Below, one piece after another: positions 59,925-64,000 of a stretch of DNA of 64,000 nt. Below the pieces are notes generated by a model. It searched no databases and was not told where the DNA came from. It saw only the letters and a list, made by a program, of their open reading frames with translations. How positions within the stretch are numbered: position 1 is the first letter of the stretch; each line of letters opens with the position of its first letter. Made by a program: the position numbers and the translations under genes. The DNA comes from an archaeon (GTDB lineage: Archaea > SpSt-1190 > DYHY01): NCBI GenBank assembly GCA_037442745.1, contig JBBIPP010000005.1, forward strand, positions 14,976-78,975, given 5' to 3'.

Positions 59925-60323
59925 TCAGAGAGTTCCCTCCGCGAGAATCTGGGAAACCTTGTTTGCAACCCGCCCCATTTCAAGAAGGACGAGCCCGAGG
60001 TTCGCCCTGTCGCTCACAAGGCATATCAAAAGGGCGAAACTGCCCGCCCCAGTTGCAATTAATTTTCCCTTTTCAGCCTCGACAACAATCTGGAGGAACC
60101 TTCCAAGCTGGAGTTCGGCAGAGCAGGTTTCCGCCGTTCCGACAAGGGCAGCCGACATTGCGGCAACCATTTTTCCGTCCGTTTCCTTTGGAAGGAGGGA
60201 TGCTACCATTAGTCCGTCCCGCCGGACAACTGCGACACCTTGAATTTCTGGAAGAGTCTCTAGGAAAGCGAGGACATCCTCCAATTGCTTTTCAATTCCG
60301 GGTTTCTCTGAAACAGCTTCCAT
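59925..60323 (-). CDS. Roadblock/LC7 (MglB-like) protein, paralog of 58347..58721
   Basis: VVRRDGLMVAS, VAAMSAALVGTAET, NLGLVLLEMGR. Confidence 0.93.
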   Translation of the reverse strand: MEAVSEKPGIEKQLEDVLAFLETLPEIQGVAVVRRDGLMVASLLPKETDGKMVAAMSAALVGTAETCSAELQLGRFLQIVVEAEKGKLIATGAGSFALLICLVSDRANLGLVLLEMGRVANKVSQILAEGTL

Positions 60324-60698
60324 CTAACCAGCCCCCTTGCCTGGCTCCTTGACGAAACTGTTGTTTAACTCTAAAAGCCAGTTGGGAAGAAGATCTTGAC
60401 AGCTACTCGGCTCGACAATTTTGGATTTGCAGGGCTTGTCCAATCCTGAACAGGCACGTCCGGCGAGTGTTTTTGCAACAGGCCCGATTATTTTCACATA
60501 AAGGTTGACGAATGCGTCAACGCCTTCTTTTGAAAAATCCTCCGGAACTGTTATTTTTCCGTCTTTTGAGGCTGATACTCCCTTGAGAGACCCGGCAAGA
60601 GTATATGCAGTTCTCCCTATTATTTTGGCAACATTTTCGGCAATTGCCGAGCAGAGGGAATTGTAAAAACGGGTTTTCTCTTCAGCGGAAAGTTCCAT
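60324..60698 (-). CDS. Small helical protein with internal KIIG repeat, first gene of Roadblock/GTPase operon
   Basis: KIIGRTA...A and KIIGPVA...A; abuts the Roadblock start. Confidence 0.7.
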   Translation of the reverse strand: MELSAEEKTRFYNSLCSAIAENVAKIIGRTAYTLAGSLKGVSASKDGKITVPEDFSKEGVDAFVNLYVKIIGPVAKTLAGRACSGLDKPCKSKIVEPSSCQDLLPNWLLELNNSFVKEPGKGAG

Positions 60699-60812
60699 TG
60701 GCAATTTGGAACAGATATTAACAAAATCTTTATTTATATTTTGTTAATTGGCTCTTTTTAACAAGAATTCGTGAAATAAGCATTTCCTAGTGGTTTGATT
60801 CCTTTTTGAATG

Positions 60813-61646
60813 TTAAAATGAATTCAGTTTGACATTCAATTTCGCTTTCAGGTCATAATAATTCTCCTCGTCAATCTCGCCTGCGAAATATTTGCGGGTA
60901 AGTTCTGATAGCGTTCCTTCGACTTTTTCAGGCGCTTCGGTTTTTTTTGCATAACTGACGAGAGCCTCGGAGAGTTCTTCAATATCAGAAATTGCCTGTT
61001 TGAAATTTGTGTTAATTTCGGAATATTCTTGTATAAGTGCCAATTTTTCGTCAATTTTCCCCAATTCTCTTATTATTCTGGATTTAATATCATAATAGCT
61101 TGAATCAGATGCAAGTCCGTTAAGATGCTCTTTTTCAAGAGTGAAGAGCGCGTTTTCGAGCTCATCCTTGCGCTTAATTTGAGAATCTATTGAAAGTTCT
61201 CCAATTATTGAAGCAAGAAGGAGAATCTGTTTTGAGAAAAAGTCAATTATTTCATTTTTTGGCCGATTTTTCTTTCCAAGAGAATATTTGAATTTAGATT
61301 CCCCCAAGGAGAACTCTGGAATGCTGGAATCGTCAGTTGAAAAGTTTTTGGTCCTATTCAAGGCCGCCGCTTCGAAATTTCTTTTGTCTCGTTCCAGAAA
61401 ACTTTTTTCGCTACCTTCAGAGTTTCCGACAAAGTTCTCCTTGAGGAGTTCAGTGACGGACTTGCTCATATTAGGCTCCCTTTTCGGGTCCGGAAAATTG
61501 GGAGGTTCCTTTTGGTTGATTAGGGAAGTTCTTTTCACTTCTTTGGGTTCACCAATAGGTTCCTTGGAGGAAGAAACTGCTGTTTTCAAGTCAATCAGAC
61601 TTTGGGGTTTGGTAAATTTGTTTAGAAATTTATCTGACGGGTTCAT
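60813..61646 (-). CDS. Coiled-coil protein with two SHOCT-like motifs
   Basis: LEKEHLNGLASDSSYYDIK and LTRKYFAGEIDEENYYDLK; ATGA overlap with upstream HTH gene. Confidence 0.75.
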   Translation of the reverse strand: MNPSDKFLNKFTKPQSLIDLKTAVSSSKEPIGEPKEVKRTSLINQKEPPNFPDPKREPNMSKSVTELLKENFVGNSEGSEKSFLERDKRNFEAAALNRTKNFSTDDSSIPEFSLGESKFKYSLGKKNRPKNEIIDFFSKQILLLASIIGELSIDSQIKRKDELENALFTLEKEHLNGLASDSSYYDIKSRIIRELGKIDEKLALIQEYSEINTNFKQAISDIEELSEALVSYAKKTEAPEKVEGTLSELTRKYFAGEIDEENYYDLKAKLNVKLNSF

Positions 61647-62131
61647 TCAGTCTCCTGCTCCCCTCCCGAAGATTTTTCCGACATACCAGAGTTCAATATG
61701 AAAAAGCTCACTCTTCCCTCTTTTTCTTTGGAAATTGCTGATTTTCTAGTAAGAGAATTAAGCACTTCGCTTGTTCTGGTCCTAGAAAGGCCCGAAAGAA
61801 GAGAAGCTTCAGGAGCGCTTATTTTACCGCTTTTTTTAACAAGATCAAATATTGCTCTTTCAACCTCATTAAAATCCGGCTCTTTTTTCTTTTTTGAAAC
61901 AGGTTTTTCAACAGTTTTTGTCAAAAGTTCAAGATTTTCAAGCTTTTCTCTTACCTGAAGCAATTGGTGGTTTGAATATGCAACAGAATCGGAAGTGTGT
62001 TTCATTTGTCGATCAAGTTCCTCAAAACGGGCCAGAATAAGTGATTTAAGTTCCGACAAATCCCGTTCAATTTCATCGAATCCGACGGCTTTCTTAAAGA
62101 AACTTGACGGCGGATTAAGCTGTTCGGGCAT
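61643..62131 (-). CDS. Coiled-coil + C-terminal winged-helix DNA-binding protein
   Basis: N-terminal heptads; ISAPEASLLSGLSRTRTSEVLNSLTRKSAISKEKEGRVSFF wHTH. Confidence 0.82.
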   Translation of the reverse strand: MPEQLNPPSSFFKKAVGFDEIERDLSELKSLILARFEELDRQMKHTSDSVAYSNHQLLQVREKLENLELLTKTVEKPVSKKKKEPDFNEVERAIFDLVKKSGKISAPEASLLSGLSRTRTSEVLNSLTRKSAISKEKEGRVSFFILNSGMSEKSSGGEQETE

Positions 62132-62596
62132 TATTTATTCTACCTAGAGCTATTCTAACATCCTTTTATTTATCTATTGTGTTACAACTATCGACAGGTA
62201 TTTAGCCATTGAGTAGTTCTTCCGACATATTGAAAGGTATTACCAAAGTTTTGAATGTTCAAAGATTTCGCGTATCGGGACTTGAAATTCAGGCTTTATT
62301 TGACGGAGAATTAGCCAGGAAAAAGCAGTTCTTCAAACGTCAAGATGTGTCGAAAAACATGTTTTAAAAAAAGCTAAAAATTCCAACTATCTAAAGTGCT
62401 AATAAGGGAGGCTATAAGTTCTTAACTGAATCTTCTAAAAACCTATCTGTTCATTGGAGGACGCCAGTTATGTACAATTCAAACAATAAAACGGTGTTCG
62501 ACAAATAAGACTCTTTGGACACATATGGACACATTGAGGTTTCTAGTAATCAAATAAAACACCCATTAATTTGTTTAATTGGCAGTTTCGACACAT
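61677..62596. repeat. Cluster of ~10 dispersed 10-mers, consensus about YYCGACANAT
   Basis: TCCGACATAC 61677, rc ATCGACAAAT 62004, TCCGACAAAT 62052, ATCGACAGGT 62190, TCCGACATAT 62221, rc TTCGACACAT 62345, TTCGACAAAT 62497, TTGGACACAT 62515, ATGGACACAT 62525, TTCGACACAT 62587. Confidence 0.65.
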
Positions 62597-62654
62597 TATT
62601 AATCTGACGAACAAATTAACTCCAGTTCAACAATAGGGCGAATAATCAGCCGTC

Positions 62655-63422
62655 TTATCGGTATCTCAACCAATTGACAACTCTTTCAAGAATATATTTC
62701 TCTTTGTATTCAATTTCACATAACCAGGAAGCAATTTTTCTGTAACTTTCAACTGTTTTAGAATTTGGCCGATAATAAAGCAATACTTTTCGTTCAGACA
62801 GTGCTTTGTGTATGTTGGTATCGAAAGGAATTTTGCCAACAACGGGAAGATCTGTAAGAGTCTCAATTTCAATTGAAGAAAATTCATGGCCCTTATTATG
62901 AATCATATTAACAACAACACCCAAAGGAGTTCTATTGTATTTTTGGATTAATTTATGGCATCTCATAATGTCGACTGCTGACGGAGCCTGAGGAATTGTG
63001 ACGAACAGGGCTTCGTCACATGCTTTCATTGTAACAATTGCTTCTCTCCCAAGACCTGCTGCAGCATCAAGAAAAACAAAATCAGCTTTCTTGACCAGTT
63101 TTTTCACAACTTTCTCTAGGTCAATTAAATCAACTCCCTTGAGATCGTTAACTGAAAGACCGGCCGGAATAACGCTCATTCCACTTTTATGTTTGTAGAT
63201 TGCATCCTCAAGATTAGCTTTGCCTTGCAGAACTGTGTTAAGAGTAACTGGCGTATCATATAGTCCCAAATAAAGGCCAAGATGCGATGTTGTGAAATTA
63301 CAGTCAAGAACAACAACATTCTTTTTGAATTCTTCAGCAAGAACTGCTCCGAGGTTTGCAACAAGAGTTGTTTTTCCAACTCCGCCCTTGCCACTAATTA
63401 CCCCAATTATTCTTGTATTCAT
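62655..63422 (-). CDS. minD: MinD/ParA-family ATPase
   Basis: SGKGGVGKTT deviant Walker A, LDCN, LDAAAGLG, GVVVN, IPFD; C-terminal amphipathic ILERVVNWLR. Confidence 0.92.
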   Translation of the reverse strand: MNTRIIGVISGKGGVGKTTLVANLGAVLAEEFKKNVVVLDCNFTTSHLGLYLGLYDTPVTLNTVLQGKANLEDAIYKHKSGMSVIPAGLSVNDLKGVDLIDLEKVVKKLVKKADFVFLDAAAGLGREAIVTMKACDEALFVTIPQAPSAVDIMRCHKLIQKYNRTPLGVVVNMIHNKGHEFSSIEIETLTDLPVVGKIPFDTNIHKALSERKVLLYYRPNSKTVESYRKIASWLCEIEYKEKYILERVVNWLRYR

Positions 63423-63423
63423 T

Positions 63424-63963
63424 TCAATTCGTCTGGCCTTTTATTTGGTTTATTTTTCGTTGAAGTTCCTCAAGTTTCCGCTCGTTTCCCATCTTCAGTT
63501 CAGAGTAGCTTTCAGCTGAAATAAAACCTTGTTTGTATTCCCTTTCAAGAATTAAGAGGATTTTCCTGACTTTGGAAAGCTCAGTTTCAAGGGAATTGAT
63601 GTTCAGATCTTGACTGTCAAGAAGATCCTTTATTCTCCGAAGACTTGCCATATCCCCTTCCAAACTGCGCAATTTTTCGATTTGAACTGCTTTTTCATTG
63701 TTCTGAGCCCGTTCCTGGAAAATTTCGGATTGGGGTTGTTTCGAAAGGATTGGAGAGCTTTCCCGTTCAAAAGAGTCTGCCTTTTCTTCGAAAGTTCTGC
63801 GGGAAATTGAAATCCGTTCCTCTTCCTCTTTTTCGCTGTTCGCTTCCTGGTAAATCATTGCTTCCCGCTCGCCCGCAGTCTGTCTTTTCAGGAAACGGAA
63901 ATTTTCATCCATTCTTACCTCGGGTTGGGGTATTGGAGCTTCTTTAAAGCCAATCTTTCTCAT
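63424..63963 (-). CDS. Coiled-coil protein with SHOCT-like motif, directly upstream of minD
   Basis: LEREYKQGFISAESYSELK; 1-nt gap to minD. Confidence 0.75.
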   Translation of the reverse strand: MRKIGFKEAPIPQPEVRMDENFRFLKRQTAGEREAMIYQEANSEKEEEERISISRRTFEEKADSFERESSPILSKQPQSEIFQERAQNNEKAVQIEKLRSLEGDMASLRRIKDLLDSQDLNINSLETELSKVRKILLILEREYKQGFISAESYSELKMGNERKLEELQRKINQIKGQTN

Positions 63964-64000
63964 TACTCTTGTAAAAAAGGTTGTGCGTTCTTTGTATTTT

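Noticed and set aside
1-64000. Genome-wide stop-codon reassignment to explain in-frame stops
   Set aside because: TAG and TGA both end conserved genes at expected positions (sufB, dcd, korA, ahcY)
1-64000. CRISPR array, rRNA, integrase or transposase
   Set aside because: No regularly spaced repeats, rRNA signatures or recombinase motifs seen by eye

Overview
Archaeal chromosomal segment, most consistent with a small-genome DPANN-type archaeon (archaeal histones, L18e/S3Ae, RpoN, aIF5A, class I CCA enzyme, Taw1, Dph6, class III signal-peptide pilins; the lineage is inferred, not proven). It holds a redox/Fe-S super-operon (HxlR <- -> sufCBDS-sufU-bcp-korAB-amrS-nth), a sugar-phosphate block (tpiA, dead FBP aldolase/phosphatase, intact LacD-type aldolase + PfkB kinase), an L18e-L13-S9-rpoN cluster flanked by tRNA-Leu and tRNA-Pro, tRNA-Glu, a translin-ahcY-mtaD-DNA adenine methylase operon, a cca-rnz-taw1 tRNA-processing operon and more than ten pseudogenes. 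Main candidates for new biology: (1) a stand-alone protein with two tandem GGDEF-like domains, a domain type that is rare in archaea; (2) a right-end module of MinD, a coiled-coil/wHTH protein and SHOCT-like coiled-coil proteins around a cluster of about ten YYCGACANAT-like 10-mers, followed by two Roadblock paralogs, a KaiC-like/small-GTPase fusion and a KaiC-like protein (possible segregation/polarity system); (3) an unannotated ~310-nt structured RNA candidate divergent from cca-rnz; (4) a 56-aa second histone missed by the ORF track; (5) a pseudoknotted rps15 leader. All calls come from reading motifs; no searches were run.
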